A stretch of DNA of 32,000 nucleotides from Pseudomonas aeruginosa (GCF_001457615.1 NZ_LN831024.1:5460001-5492000); one strand, 5' to 3'; counted from the first letter of the stretch, positions 1-8,266 are shown. Notes: generated by a model not told the origin, from the letters alone. A program made the numbers and translations.

Positions 1-643
1 GGGCCAGGGCGATGGGCAGCGAGACCAGTCCGGCCTGGGCCAGGGACGCCACCAGCAGTACCACCGCGACACTGGAATGGCAGGCCCAGGTCAGCAGCGC
101 GGCGAGAAGCAGGGCGATCAGCGGATCGCCTTCGAGGCCGTGGATCACCGCGACAAAGGCTGGCGAGGCCTCGATCTGCTGCAGGGAATGGCCGAGCAAC
201 GCCAGCGCCAGGAGCATCAGGCCGAGTCCGATCAGGCACTGGCCAAGGCTCTCCAGGCGTGGACCGTCGCCCAGGCGGAACAGCAGCAGGCCGGACAGCA
301 GGGCCAGCGGCGCCAGCAACGAGGTGTCGAAGCTGAGCAGTTGCACCACCAGGGTGGTGCCGACGTTGGCGCCGAGCATCACTGCCAGCGCCGGCGCCAG
401 GCCCAGGGTGCCACTGGCAGTGAAGGACGCTGCCATCAGGCTGGTGGCGGTGCTGCTCTGCAGCAGGCCGGTGATGCCGAGCCCGGCGAGCAGGGCCAGC
501 CAGCGGTTGCCCAGGTGGCGGCCGAGCCAGTTGCGCAGCACAGTGCCGAAACCGCGCAGCACGCCGCTGGAGACCATGTGCGTGCCCCACAACAGGAGGG
601 CCACGGCACCGGCCAGGTTGATCAGGAGGATGGTTCCCAGCAT
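1..643 (-). CDS. Na+/Pi cotransporter family protein (YjbB/NptA-like), N-terminal part; the gene runs off the left edge of the window
   Basis: Manual reverse translation from the ATG at complement 641-643 gives MLGTILLINLAGAVALLLWGTHMVSSGVLRGFGTVLRNWLGRHLGNRWLALLAGLGITGLLQSSTATSLMAASF... This resembles the conserved N-terminus of E. coli YjbB-type Na/Pi cotransporters (WGTH..R.G, QSS.AT motifs). It is absent from the ORF track because there is no stop in the window. The + strand ORFs 12..674 and 77..1183 are antisense artefacts. Confidence 0.8.
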   Translation of the reverse strand, partial: MLGTILLINLAGAVALLLWGTHMVSSGVLRGFGTVLRNWLGRHLGNRWLALLAGLGITGLLQSSTATSLMAASFTASGTLGLAPALAVMLGANVGTTLVVQLLSFDTSLLAPLALLSGLLLFRLGDGPRLESLGQCLIGLGLMLLALALLGHSLQQIEASPAFVAVIHGLEGDPLIALLLAALLTWACHSSVAVVLLVASLAQAGLVSLPIALA

Positions 644-685
644 GGCGGAACTCCCGGTTCGGAATGGATCGTGAAGGGAACGGGC

Positions 686-895
686 TCATTGACCCATGGC
701 CAGCCTGAGCGATGCACGGTTGAGCGCGCTCGAGCAGTCCAGCAGGTATTTCACTTCGACCTGGCTCAGGCGGCCGCTGGCGTATGCGCGCACGCTGACC
801 ACCATCAGCAGGTGCGCGGCCTTCGCCAGCAGCCGTGCTGCCAGGCCACAGAGCGCGCGGCGAGACGCGCCCAGGCATTTGCGTACGACGTTCAT
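686..895 (-). CDS. Small hypothetical protein (69 aa), immediately upstream of the Na/Pi cotransporter gene
   Basis: This is the C-terminal part of track ORF 686..1525(-). The internal ATG at complement 893-895 is preceded by GAGGAA 6 nt upstream. Third-codon positions are G/C-rich as in the neighbouring genes. Product: MNVVRKCLGASRRALCGLAARLLAKAAHLLMVVSVRAYASGRLSQVEVKYLLDCSSALNRASLRLAMGQ. I recognise no family. Confidence 0.5.
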   Translation of the reverse strand: MNVVRKCLGASRRALCGLAARLLAKAAHLLMVVSVRAYASGRLSQVEVKYLLDCSSALNRASLRLAMGQ

Positions 896-945
896 GGCTG
901 CTTCCTCGGTGGAGGAGCGCGCCGCAGCGCGGCACGCCCTTGGGC

Positions 946-1722
946 TCAGAAACGCAAGGTCGCTCCCGAGACCAGCCATCGCTCGCGCTCGCCGCGCAGG
1001 TGGCCGCCGACCAGCAGATCGAGGTCCAGCCGTTCGCCCAGGTGCAGCCGCGGTCCGGCCTGCCAGCCGCTGTCGCCGGCCGACTCGCCGAAGCGTTCGG
1101 CGATCAGGGTCAACGGCTGGCCGACGCGGTATTCCATGCCCACGCCCCAGTTCCAGCGATGCCGGCGCTCGCCCTCGGCGTAGGCATGCCCCAGGCCGAC
1201 CCCGGCGTTCAGGCGCAGGGCCTCGAACGGCTGGTAGCTCAGCGGCAGGTTGAAGCCGGCGCCTTCGAAGGCGTGCCGGCGGTCCAGGTAGAGATCCGCC
1301 GAGAGCGCGAAGGCCAACGCCAGGCCGAGGTCGTCGCGGGCCAGCAGCGGTGTCTTCAGCTCGGGGCTGAGGCGGCTGTGCCGATCGCCTGCGTCGCCCT
1401 CGCGCACCAGCGCCGCGCCGAGCTGCACCGATGGTAGGGCGGAGAAGGTGCAGGCTGGCGACAGCACCGACTGGTAGCGGTTGCCGTGGTGGCGTTCGCG
1501 CTGGTGCCAGGCGTCCAGGTTGCATTCGCCGACGGGATCGATCTCGCCGTCGTCGACCCGGTAGGCGCCGCCCGCGGCGCGAGCCTCGGACAGCAGTGCC
1601 AGCAGCAGGACGCAGGCTAGCGCGGCGGCGACGAAGCCCAGGCGCCAGGACAGGGCGCGTCGCAGCGCGGCCGGCAGCGGTTGGAAAAGGGGCGCCCGCG
1701 GGCGCCGGTCGTGCAGGGTCAT
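946..1722 (-). CDS. Putative outer-membrane beta-barrel protein (hypothetical), downstream of mgtA
   Basis: Track ORF 946..1737(-). I prefer the ATG at 1720-1722 (MTLHDRR...) because GGAGAGA lies ~9 nt upstream. It has a signal-peptide-like N-terminus (LGFVAAALACVLLLALLSEARA/AGG), alternating beta-strand-like patterns, and a C-terminal ...SGATLRF ending in Phe, typical of BAM-assembled barrels. Confidence 0.75.
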   Translation of the reverse strand: MTLHDRRPRAPLFQPLPAALRRALSWRLGFVAAALACVLLLALLSEARAAGGAYRVDDGEIDPVGECNLDAWHQRERHHGNRYQSVLSPACTFSALPSVQLGAALVREGDAGDRHSRLSPELKTPLLARDDLGLALAFALSADLYLDRRHAFEGAGFNLPLSYQPFEALRLNAGVGLGHAYAEGERRHRWNWGVGMEYRVGQPLTLIAERFGESAGDSGWQAGPRLHLGERLDLDLLVGGHLRGERERWLVSGATLRF

Positions 1723-1787
1723 GATGCGTCTCTCCATGCGTGGGTCCGGTGTGCGTTGCGCGGCGCGGCGAGGCTTGCCGACGCGCC

Positions 1788-1813
1788 GGGAAAGGCCGGG
1801 ACGAAGCCCGGCC
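1788..1813 (-). terminator. Hairpin with a short U-tract between mgtA and the beta-barrel gene (possible partial terminator or processing site)
   Basis: Minus-strand RNA: GGCCGGG-cuucgu-CCCGGCC (plus coordinates 1794-1813), followed by UUUCCCGG. The stem is 7 bp of GC, but the U-tract is weak. Confidence 0.45.
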
Positions 1814-1819
1814 GATCGC

Positions 1820-4531
1820 TCAGAACCACTGGCCGAAGCGGCGGATGTAGAGGGTCTTCATGGTCTGCGCGGTGACGCAGTAGCAGAGCAGCGTGCCCAC
1901 CAGCCAGGGGAAGTACTCCCACGGCAGCGGCTGCAGGCCGACCATCGCCCCCAGCGGCGAGAACGGCACGTAGATGCCCAGCGCCATCACCAGCCCGGTC
2001 ATCAGCATCACCGGCAGCGCCGCGGTGCTCTGGATGAAGGGAATCTTCTGGGTACGCAGCATGTGCACCACCAGGGTCTGCGAGAGCAGGCCCTCGATGA
2101 ACCAGCCGGACTGGAACAGCGACTGCATTTCCGGGCTGTTGGCGGCGAACACGAACCACATCAGCGCGTAGGTGGTGATGTCGAAGATCGACGAGGTCGG
2201 GCCGATCCAGACCATGAAGCGGCCGATGTTCTTCGAGTCCCACTTGCGCGGCTTGGCGAGGAACTCCTTGTCCATCTTGTCCCACGGCAGCGACAGCTGG
2301 GAGATGTCGTACATCAGGTTCTGCAGCAGCAGGTGGATCGCCAGCATCGGCAGGAAGGGGATGAAGGCGCTGGCCACCAGTACCGAGAACACGTTGCCGA
2401 AGTTGGAGCTGGCAGTCATGTTCAGGTACTTCATGATGTTGCCGAAGGTCTCGCGGCCCTTGATAACGCCCTCCTCCAGGACCATCAGGCTTTTTTCCAG
2501 GAGGATGATGTCGGCCGATTCCTTGGCGATGTCGGTGCCGCTGTCCACCGAGATGCCGACATCGGCATCTCGCAGCGCGGGGGCGTCGTTGATGCCGTCG
2601 CCGAGGAAGCCGACAGTGTGTCCGTTGCCCTGCAGGGCCTTGAGCACCCGCGACTTCTGCAGCGGCGTCAGCTTGGCGAACACCGTGCGCTCCTCGGCCA
2701 GGCGTTGCAGGGTGGCATCGTCCATCAGGTCGATGTCGCGACCGAGCAGCGGCTCGCCGACGTCCAGGCCGACCTCGCGGCAGATCTTCGCGCTGACCAC
2801 CGGGTTGTCGCCGGTGAGCACCTTCACCGCCACGCCGTTCTCGCGCAACGCGGCGATGGCCGGGCCGGCGGTTTCCTTCGGCGGATCGAGGAAGGTCAGC
2901 AGGCCGGCGATCACCAGGTCGCGCTCGTCGCTGGCGCCGTACTGGGCCTGGGACTCCGTGCGCGAGAGGCTGCGGGTGCCGAGCAGGAGCACGCGGAAGC
3001 CGTCGCGGTTGTATTGCTCGGCCAGCGCCAGCAGGGCCCGGCGGCGTTCCTCGTCGAGCGGCAGGTCGACACCGTCCTGGTGCACGCGGGTGGCGATCTC
3101 GAGCATTTCCTCGACCGCGCCCTTGCACACCAGCAGGTGTTCGCCGCCCTTGCCCTCGAGGATCACCGAGAGACGCCGACGGACGAAATCGAAGGGCAGT
3201 TCGTCGACCTTGTGCCAGGCATCCGGCGGCGTGATGCGCGGGTTCTGTTCGACGAAGGCGACCACCGCGCGGTCCATCAGGTTCTTCATCCCGGACTGGT
3301 GGAAGCTGTTCAGCCAGGCCATTTGCAGGACCCGGTCGCAGCGCCGGCCGGCAACGTCGACGTGATGCTCGAGGATGATCCGGTCCTGGGTCAGGGTGCC
3401 GGTCTTGTCGGTGCAGAGCACGTCCATGGCGCCGAAGTTCTGGATCGCGTTAAGACGCTTGACCACCACCTTGCGCCGCGACATCGCCACCGCGCCCTTG
3501 GCCAGGTTGGCGCTGACGATCATCGGCAGCATTTCCGGGGTCAGGCCGACCGCCACGGCGAGAGCGAACATGAACGCCTCGGTCCAGTCGCCCTTGGTGA
3601 AGCCGTTGATCAGCAACACGATCGGCACCATCACCAGCATGAAGCGGATCAGCAGCCAACTGACGCTGTTCACCCCACGGTCGAAGGCGGTCTGCGCCCG
3701 CGAACCGACGATGGAACGGGCCAGCGAACCGAAATAGGTGCGCGCACCGGTGGCGACCACCACCGCGGTGGCCGTGCCGCTGACCACGTTGGTGCCCATG
3801 AAGCAGATGTTCGGCAGTTCGAGCAGGTCCTGCTGGTCGGCGGCGATCCGCTTGGCGGACTTCTCGCGGACCGCGCCGAGGGTGTCGTATTTCTCCACCG
3901 GCAGCGCCTCGCCGGTGAGTACGGCCTGGCTGATGAACAGGTCGCGCGATTCGATCAGGCGGATGTCGGCGGGGATCATGTCGCCGGCGGACAGGCGCAC
4001 GATGTCGCCGACCACCAGTTCGCCCATGGGGATTTCCCGCAGCTCGCCGCGCATCCCGCGCTCGTCGCGGCGCAGCACGGTGGCGGTGTTCCGCACCATG
4101 GCCTTGAGCGCCTCGGCGGCCTTGCCCGAGCGGTACTCCTGCCAGAAGCGCATCAGGCCGCTGACCAGGACCATGCAGAGGACGATGATGACGCCAGTGA
4201 GATCGGTTTCCTCACCGTCCTGCAGCGGCAGCCAGAAGTCGGTGAAGAAGCTGATCGCGGAGAGCGTCATCAGCACGTAGATGAAGGGGTTGTTGAACGC
4301 TTGCAGCAGTTGCACCAGGACGTGTGGCGGACGGTCGTGGGCCACTTCGTTGGGGCCGTCGGCGTGCAGCCGGGCGGCGGCCTCGGCCTGGTCGAGGCCG
4401 TCCTGGCGACCGCGGACATTGGTGAGGGTGGTTTCCAGGCTGTTCTGCGCTTCGCGGGCGGCGCGCATGGACAGTCGGTCGTTGCGGCGCTCGGTATCGA
4501 GCTGGGTATTGCGTTGGGTCGCTACGCTCAT
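1820..4531 (-). CDS. mgtA: Mg2+-importing P-type ATPase MgtA
   Basis: 903-aa ORF with P-type ATPase hallmarks: the phosphorylation motif CTDKTGTLT, TGDN, and the GDGINDAPAL hinge. The N-terminal and C-terminal membrane segments are typical of MgtA/MgtB. AGGAGA lies 8 nt upstream of the ATG at 4529-4531. Confidence 0.97.
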   Translation of the reverse strand: MSVATQRNTQLDTERRNDRLSMRAAREAQNSLETTLTNVRGRQDGLDQAEAAARLHADGPNEVAHDRPPHVLVQLLQAFNNPFIYVLMTLSAISFFTDFWLPLQDGEETDLTGVIIVLCMVLVSGLMRFWQEYRSGKAAEALKAMVRNTATVLRRDERGMRGELREIPMGELVVGDIVRLSAGDMIPADIRLIESRDLFISQAVLTGEALPVEKYDTLGAVREKSAKRIAADQQDLLELPNICFMGTNVVSGTATAVVVATGARTYFGSLARSIVGSRAQTAFDRGVNSVSWLLIRFMLVMVPIVLLINGFTKGDWTEAFMFALAVAVGLTPEMLPMIVSANLAKGAVAMSRRKVVVKRLNAIQNFGAMDVLCTDKTGTLTQDRIILEHHVDVAGRRCDRVLQMAWLNSFHQSGMKNLMDRAVVAFVEQNPRITPPDAWHKVDELPFDFVRRRLSVILEGKGGEHLLVCKGAVEEMLEIATRVHQDGVDLPLDEERRRALLALAEQYNRDGFRVLLLGTRSLSRTESQAQYGASDERDLVIAGLLTFLDPPKETAGPAIAALRENGVAVKVLTGDNPVVSAKICREVGLDVGEPLLGRDIDLMDDATLQRLAEERTVFAKLTPLQKSRVLKALQGNGHTVGFLGDGINDAPALRDADVGISVDSGTDIAKESADIILLEKSLMVLEEGVIKGRETFGNIMKYLNMTASSNFGNVFSVLVASAFIPFLPMLAIHLLLQNLMYDISQLSLPWDKMDKEFLAKPRKWDSKNIGRFMVWIGPTSSIFDITTYALMWFVFAANSPEMQSLFQSGWFIEGLLSQTLVVHMLRTQKIPFIQSTAALPVMLMTGLVMALGIYVPFSPLGAMVGLQPLPWEYFPWLVGTLLCYCVTAQTMKTLYIRRFGQWF

Positions 4532-4583
4532 GACTCGGTCTCCTGTCGCGAGCTGCGCGACGGCGACACGAGTCGGTTGCCGG

Positions 4584-4718
4584 TCAGGTGACAGGCAAAG
4601 GCGTGCCGGGTCGCGATGTTCGCGATCGGTGGGAAGAATGTTCGGCTTGTCCGGGTGAGGCCCACTGCGCGCGGCCGCTCAGGCGGCACGCAGCAGGCCG
4701 ACTTGGTGGTTCGTCCAT
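4584..4718 (-). CDS. Candidate leader peptide uORF (44 codons, proline-rich) in the mgtA 5' leader
   Basis: The ATG at complement 4716-4718 is preceded by a perfect AAGGAG (4725-4730) with 6-nt spacing. Product: MDEPPSRPAACRLSGRAQWASPGQAEHSSHRSRTSRPGTPLPVT, with 7 Pro including an N-proximal PP. Codon use is atypical for the genome (CCA CCA AGT CCT GCT). It stops 52 nt before the mgtA ATG. Too short for the ORF track. Confidence 0.35.
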   Translation of the reverse strand: MDEPPSRPAACRLSGRAQWASPGQAEHSSHRSRTSRPGTPLPVT

Positions 4719-4757
4719 GGCAGGCTCCTTGTGCGAAGGGTTGGGCAGGAGAAAGCG

Positions 4758-4976
4758 TCAGCCGCGCATCGGGCGGCGACCGCTCTCAGGGTTCTCTTCG
4801 ACCTGCGTCTCCAGGCGGCGATACTCCAGGCGACCGCCGGCCGGGTCGACACGCCAGGCGAGGCTCGCAGGATGGCCGTGGCCGGGAAGGATCGCGCCGG
4901 GGGACTGCGCGGCGCGCACGCGCATCTTCGCCACGAAGGCGGATACGCCGGGGGATACCGAATTCTCGAAGTTCAT
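4758..4976 (-). CDS. Small hypothetical protein (72 aa) upstream of mgtA
   Basis: Track ORF 4758..4976(-). AGGTGA lies 3 nt upstream of the ATG, so spacing is short. By my count roughly 80% of third positions are G/C, which is gene-like for this genome. I recognise no family. Confidence 0.6.
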   Translation of the reverse strand: MNFENSVSPGVSAFVAKMRVRAAQSPGAILPGHGHPASLAWRVDPAGGRLEYRRLETQVEENPESGRRPMRG

Positions 4977-5191
4977 GACTCACCTGTACCCGGCGTGCCG
5001 GACACGGGTGAGAAGCAGTGGGTCAGCCCAGGATGCCGCTCAACCGACCGACCCGTTGCGGGTTCCGTCGTGCGTTGGTTTGGGTCATCGCACCAGCCGG
5101 CATCTGCTGGGCCGGGCGACGACTACTGGGAATACTGTCCATGGCTCTCTTCGTAGGGGGAAAGAAAGTGCCCGGCTCTGCGGGCGGGGGT

Positions 5192-5220
5192 TTTATAGAC
5201 CTCTTGCCAGACGAGGTCAA
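5192..5220 (-). promoter_or_regulatory. Sigma70-type promoter candidate for the mgtA-containing transcription unit
   Basis: Minus strand reads TTGACC (5215-5220), a 17-nt spacer, then TATAAA (5192-5197). It lies just downstream of the NAT stop and ~215 nt upstream of the 72-aa ORF. Confidence 0.45.
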
Positions 5221-5305
5221 CCGAAAAAGCCGTTTCGTTCAGGCTTCTATGGAACATCGGAAAATTCCCGCAGGAGTCCGGCGAAAAGACACCGGCCAAA
5301 AGCGC

Positions 5306-6145
5306 TCAGGCGGAGATCAGTCCCGCCAGCCGTCGCGCCAGCGCCGGCACTTCGGAGGCCGGGTCGAGGCGCAGGCGAAAACGGGTCTGCAGGATGTCCA
5401 GCAGTTCCTCGACGTCGCGCAGTTGGCGCTGCAGCGTCTCGCCGTTGCCGGCGCGCTGGCCGAACAGCCCGTCGGCCAGGGTCAGGCGCAGGTCGCCCTC
5501 GGTTATGGCGGCCTTCAGGCCCTGGCGGAACACGCTGTGCGGGTGGGTCGAGGTGTACCAGTTGCGCGGGATGTAATCGATCCACAACTGCGGGCGCAGG
5601 TCGAAGCGGTACAGCGGCAGCCAGCCGCTGCGACCGCGCACGGCGCTTTCGTAGAGACCGGCGTGCGGGTCGACCAGGCGTACGCAATGCACCTGTCCGG
5701 CGTCCGCCTCGTCGCCCGGCAAAGGCAGTGCTCGCGGCGGATTGGCCGAGCCGAAGCCGACATCCACCAGGAACTCGCCCTCCGCCAGGTACAGACGCAG
5801 CATCAGATGCGATTGCTGGGTCAGCGGCGCGTCCTCCGGGAGCCCCCAGCGTACCCGTGCCACCAGCAGTTCCAGCTCGTAGCCGAGGGCCAGCAGCAGG
5901 CGGGCGAACAGCGAGTTGAGTTCGAAGCAATAACCGCCGCGGCTGCCCTCGACGACCTTGGCGAAAACCTTGTCGGCGTCGATCTCGATGGGACGGTCGA
6001 GCAGCACGTCGAGGTTCTCGAAGGCGACCCGGCGCAGATGCGCGTCGATCAGTCGGTCGAGACTCGCCAGACTCGGCGGACCGGGATCGTCGATGCCGAT
6101 ATGGTGCAGGTAGGCATGGGTCTGCTCGGGCGTCAGCGGGGTCAT
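5306..6145 (-). CDS. nat: Arylamine N-acetyltransferase (NAT family)
   Basis: 279-aa ORF. It carries the NAT catalytic cysteine context RGGYCFELN and the conserved N-terminus HIGI...P.L..L..L...H...VAFENLDV. GGAG lies ~7 nt upstream of the ATG at 6143-6145. Confidence 0.93.
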   Translation of the reverse strand: MTPLTPEQTHAYLHHIGIDDPGPPSLASLDRLIDAHLRRVAFENLDVLLDRPIEIDADKVFAKVVEGSRGGYCFELNSLFARLLLALGYELELLVARVRWGLPEDAPLTQQSHLMLRLYLAEGEFLVDVGFGSANPPRALPLPGDEADAGQVHCVRLVDPHAGLYESAVRGRSGWLPLYRFDLRPQLWIDYIPRNWYTSTHPHSVFRQGLKAAITEGDLRLTLADGLFGQRAGNGETLQRQLRDVEELLDILQTRFRLRLDPASEVPALARRLAGLISA

Positions 6146-6269
6146 GGCGGGCTCCGGAAAATGGCCAGCTCGATTCTAGACGCATTCTCGGGGAATACCG
6201 GAAGCGCCGTCAGGCACATTGGCCCGGGGTCTGCTTGACTGTGCCCATCCCACCCCGAGGAGCGCCGCC

Positions 6270-6725
6270 ATGGCCCAGGCAATCGTCGCCTACCTGCACT
6301 ACCTGTCGATCTTCCTGCTGTTCGCCCTGCTGGTGTTGCAGCACCGCCTGCTGCGCCTGCCGCTGGACCTGGAGCGCGCCCGCAGCCTGGCGGCGATCGA
6401 CCGCGGCTACGGCCTCTGCGCCCTGGCGGTACTGGCCAGCGGGTTGGCGCGGGTGCTGTGGTACGGCAAGGGCGTCGACTATTACCTGCACAATGGTCTG
6501 TTCCACGCCAAGGTCGGGCTATTCGTCCTCGCTGCCCTGGTCTCGCTGTTGCCGACCGTTACCTTCCTTGGCTGGCGCGGCGCCCTCAAGGCCGGCGAAG
6601 TGCCGGCGGTGACGCCGGCCCGGGGCCGGCGGGTGGTCATGGCGGTGCGCCTGCAACTGCTCCTGCTGCTGGTCATTCCGTTGCTGGCTACGCTGATGGC
6701 GCGCGGCTTCGGCATGCGCGGCTGA
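6270..6725 (+). CDS. DUF2214-like small integral membrane protein
   Basis: Track ORF 6219..6725(+). I prefer the ATG at 6270 (MAQAIVAYLHYLSIFLLFALLVL...) because GAGGAG lies upstream. It has four hydrophobic helices. Confidence 0.8.
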   Translation: MAQAIVAYLHYLSIFLLFALLVLQHRLLRLPLDLERARSLAAIDRGYGLCALAVLASGLARVLWYGKGVDYYLHNGLFHAKVGLFVLAALVSLLPTVTFLGWRGALKAGEVPAVTPARGRRVVMAVRLQLLLLLVIPLLATLMARGFGMRG

Positions 6726-6729
6726 GCCC

Positions 6730-8133
6730 TCAGTTCTGCATGGCCCGGCCATGCACGTCCATCGCCGCCTGGCGCAGCGCCTCGGAGCGGGTCGGATGCG
6801 GATGGCAGGTCAGCGCGAGGTCCTCCGCCGAGGCGCTGAACTCCATGGCCACGCAGGCTTCGCCGATCATCTCGCTGACGCCCGGCCCGATCATGTGCAC
6901 GCCGAGCACCTGGTCGCTGCGGGCATCGGAGAGGATCTTGATGAAGCCTTCGCTCTCGTGGTTGATCTTCGCCCGGCTGTTGGCGCTGAACGGGAAGCGT
7001 CCGACCTTGTACTCGCGCCTCGCCGCCTGCAACTGCTCCTCGCCGAGGCCGACGCTGGCCACTTCCGGCTGGGTGTAGATGACCGACGGAATCACCTCGG
7101 CGTTCATCTCCGCCGCATGCCCGGCGATCCGCTCGATGCAGACGATCGCCTCTTCCTCGGCCTTGTGCGCCAGCATCGGTCCCGAGGTCACGTCGCCGAT
7201 CACCCAGACGCCCGGCGCCGCGCTGCGCTGTCTCTGGTTCTCCAGCATGCCACGACGATCGCTGGCCAGGCCGACCGTCTCCAGCCCCAGTCCTTCGGTA
7301 TAGGGGCGCCGGCCGATGGCCACCAGCACGTAGTCCGCCTGCAGCGATTCCGTAGCGCCGCCGGCGGCCGGTTGCAGGTCGAGTTCGACGCCCTGCTCGC
7401 CACTGCGCGCGGCGACCACGCGGGTGCCGAGGCGAAACCGCATGCCCTGGCGGGTCAGGGCGCGCTGGAGGGTCCTTGCGGTTTCCCCATCCAGCCCCGG
7501 GCAGATCCGCTCGAGGTACTCCAGCACCGTGACCTGTGCGCCCAGCCGGCGCCAGACCGAACCAAGCTCCAGGCCGATCACGCCGGCGCCGATCACCACC
7601 AGGTGGCGAGGCACTTCGGCCAACTCCAGGGCGCCGGTGGAGTCGAGGATGCGCTGGTTGTCCACAGGCACGCCGGGCAGCGGCGCCGGTTCCGAACCGG
7701 TGGCGATGACGATGTCGCGCGCCTCCAGTTGCGCGTGGCCGCCGTCGGCAAGGGCCACGCCGACCCGGCCCTCGCCTTGCAAGCGCGCCCAGCCCTTGAT
7801 CCACTGCACCTTGTGCTTGCGGAAAAGGAATTCGACGCCACGGGTCAGGGCGGCGACGCTCTCGTCCTTCTGCTTCATCATCTGCGCCAGGTCCAGTTCC
7901 GGGCTGACCCGGATGCCGAGCCGGGCGAACTCGCCGCCGCTCGCCGCGGCGTATAGCTCCGAGGCGTGCAACAGGGCCTTGGACGGCATGCAGCCGACGT
8001 TCAGGCAAGTCCCGCCGAGGGTTTCGCGACCCTCCACGCAGGCCACCTTCAGGCCCAGCTGGCCGGCGCGAATGGCAGCGTTGTAGCCCCCCGGACCGGC
8101 GCCGATCACGATCACGTCATAGCTTTCCATCAT
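6730..8133 (-). CDS. lpd3: Dihydrolipoyl (dihydrolipoamide) dehydrogenase, orphan copy
   Basis: Track ORF 6730..8445(-), trimmed to MMESYDVIVIGAGPGGY (FAD-binding GxGxxG) at complement 8131-8133, with GAGGAG upstream. This gives 467 aa. It has the redox-active disulfide GGTCLNVGCMPSK, and no E1/E2 genes are adjacent. Confidence 0.95.
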   Translation of the reverse strand: MMESYDVIVIGAGPGGYNAAIRAGQLGLKVACVEGRETLGGTCLNVGCMPSKALLHASELYAAASGGEFARLGIRVSPELDLAQMMKQKDESVAALTRGVEFLFRKHKVQWIKGWARLQGEGRVGVALADGGHAQLEARDIVIATGSEPAPLPGVPVDNQRILDSTGALELAEVPRHLVVIGAGVIGLELGSVWRRLGAQVTVLEYLERICPGLDGETARTLQRALTRQGMRFRLGTRVVAARSGEQGVELDLQPAAGGATESLQADYVLVAIGRRPYTEGLGLETVGLASDRRGMLENQRQRSAAPGVWVIGDVTSGPMLAHKAEEEAIVCIERIAGHAAEMNAEVIPSVIYTQPEVASVGLGEEQLQAARREYKVGRFPFSANSRAKINHESEGFIKILSDARSDQVLGVHMIGPGVSEMIGEACVAMEFSASAEDLALTCHPHPTRSEALRQAAMDVHGRAMQN

Positions 8134-8252
8134 CCTGCTCCTCGGTTGTCCCGCCACGGCCCCCTCAGCGTAGGCGACGCCGGCGCAAATAGAGGAAACG
8201 TCGCGTAGAGGGACCGAAAGCGATTGTATTTCGCTCGTCATGCAAAGCTTAT

Positions 8253-8266
8253 ATGATGACCGTAAT
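8253..8266. promoter_or_regulatory. Candidate TetR-type operator, site 1 (ATGATGACCGTAAT), 40 nt upstream of the thioesterase ATG
   Basis: Imperfect 6-2-6 inverted repeat. The surrounding 21 nt (cTTATATgATGACCgTAATTtt) match the sequence at 10331-10353 at 16 of 21 positions. Confidence 0.4.

Noticed and set aside
1721-4591. 956-aa + strand ORF, plus similar very long ORFs: 14078..16285(+), 17917..19707(+), 20722..22146(+), 22070..24067(-), 24559..26613(-), 26742..28100(-) and 29175..30566(-)
   Set aside because: Each lies antisense to a strongly recognisable conserved gene (mgtA, cntO, speA, the DUF2333 gene, gcbA, ctpL, dsbD, accC). Their translations are low-complexity and rich in Arg, Ala, Gly, His, Gln and Asp, with no motifs. 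Stop-free antisense frames are expected at ~67% GC.
5221-5262. GTTCAG-containing sequence (cgtttcGTTCAGgcttctatgGAACat) as a PhoP box for the mgtA unit
   Set aside because: There is a single GTTCAG half-site on the wrong strand, with no direct repeat at 5-nt spacing. The GTTC-N12-GAAC symmetry is too short to be meaningful.
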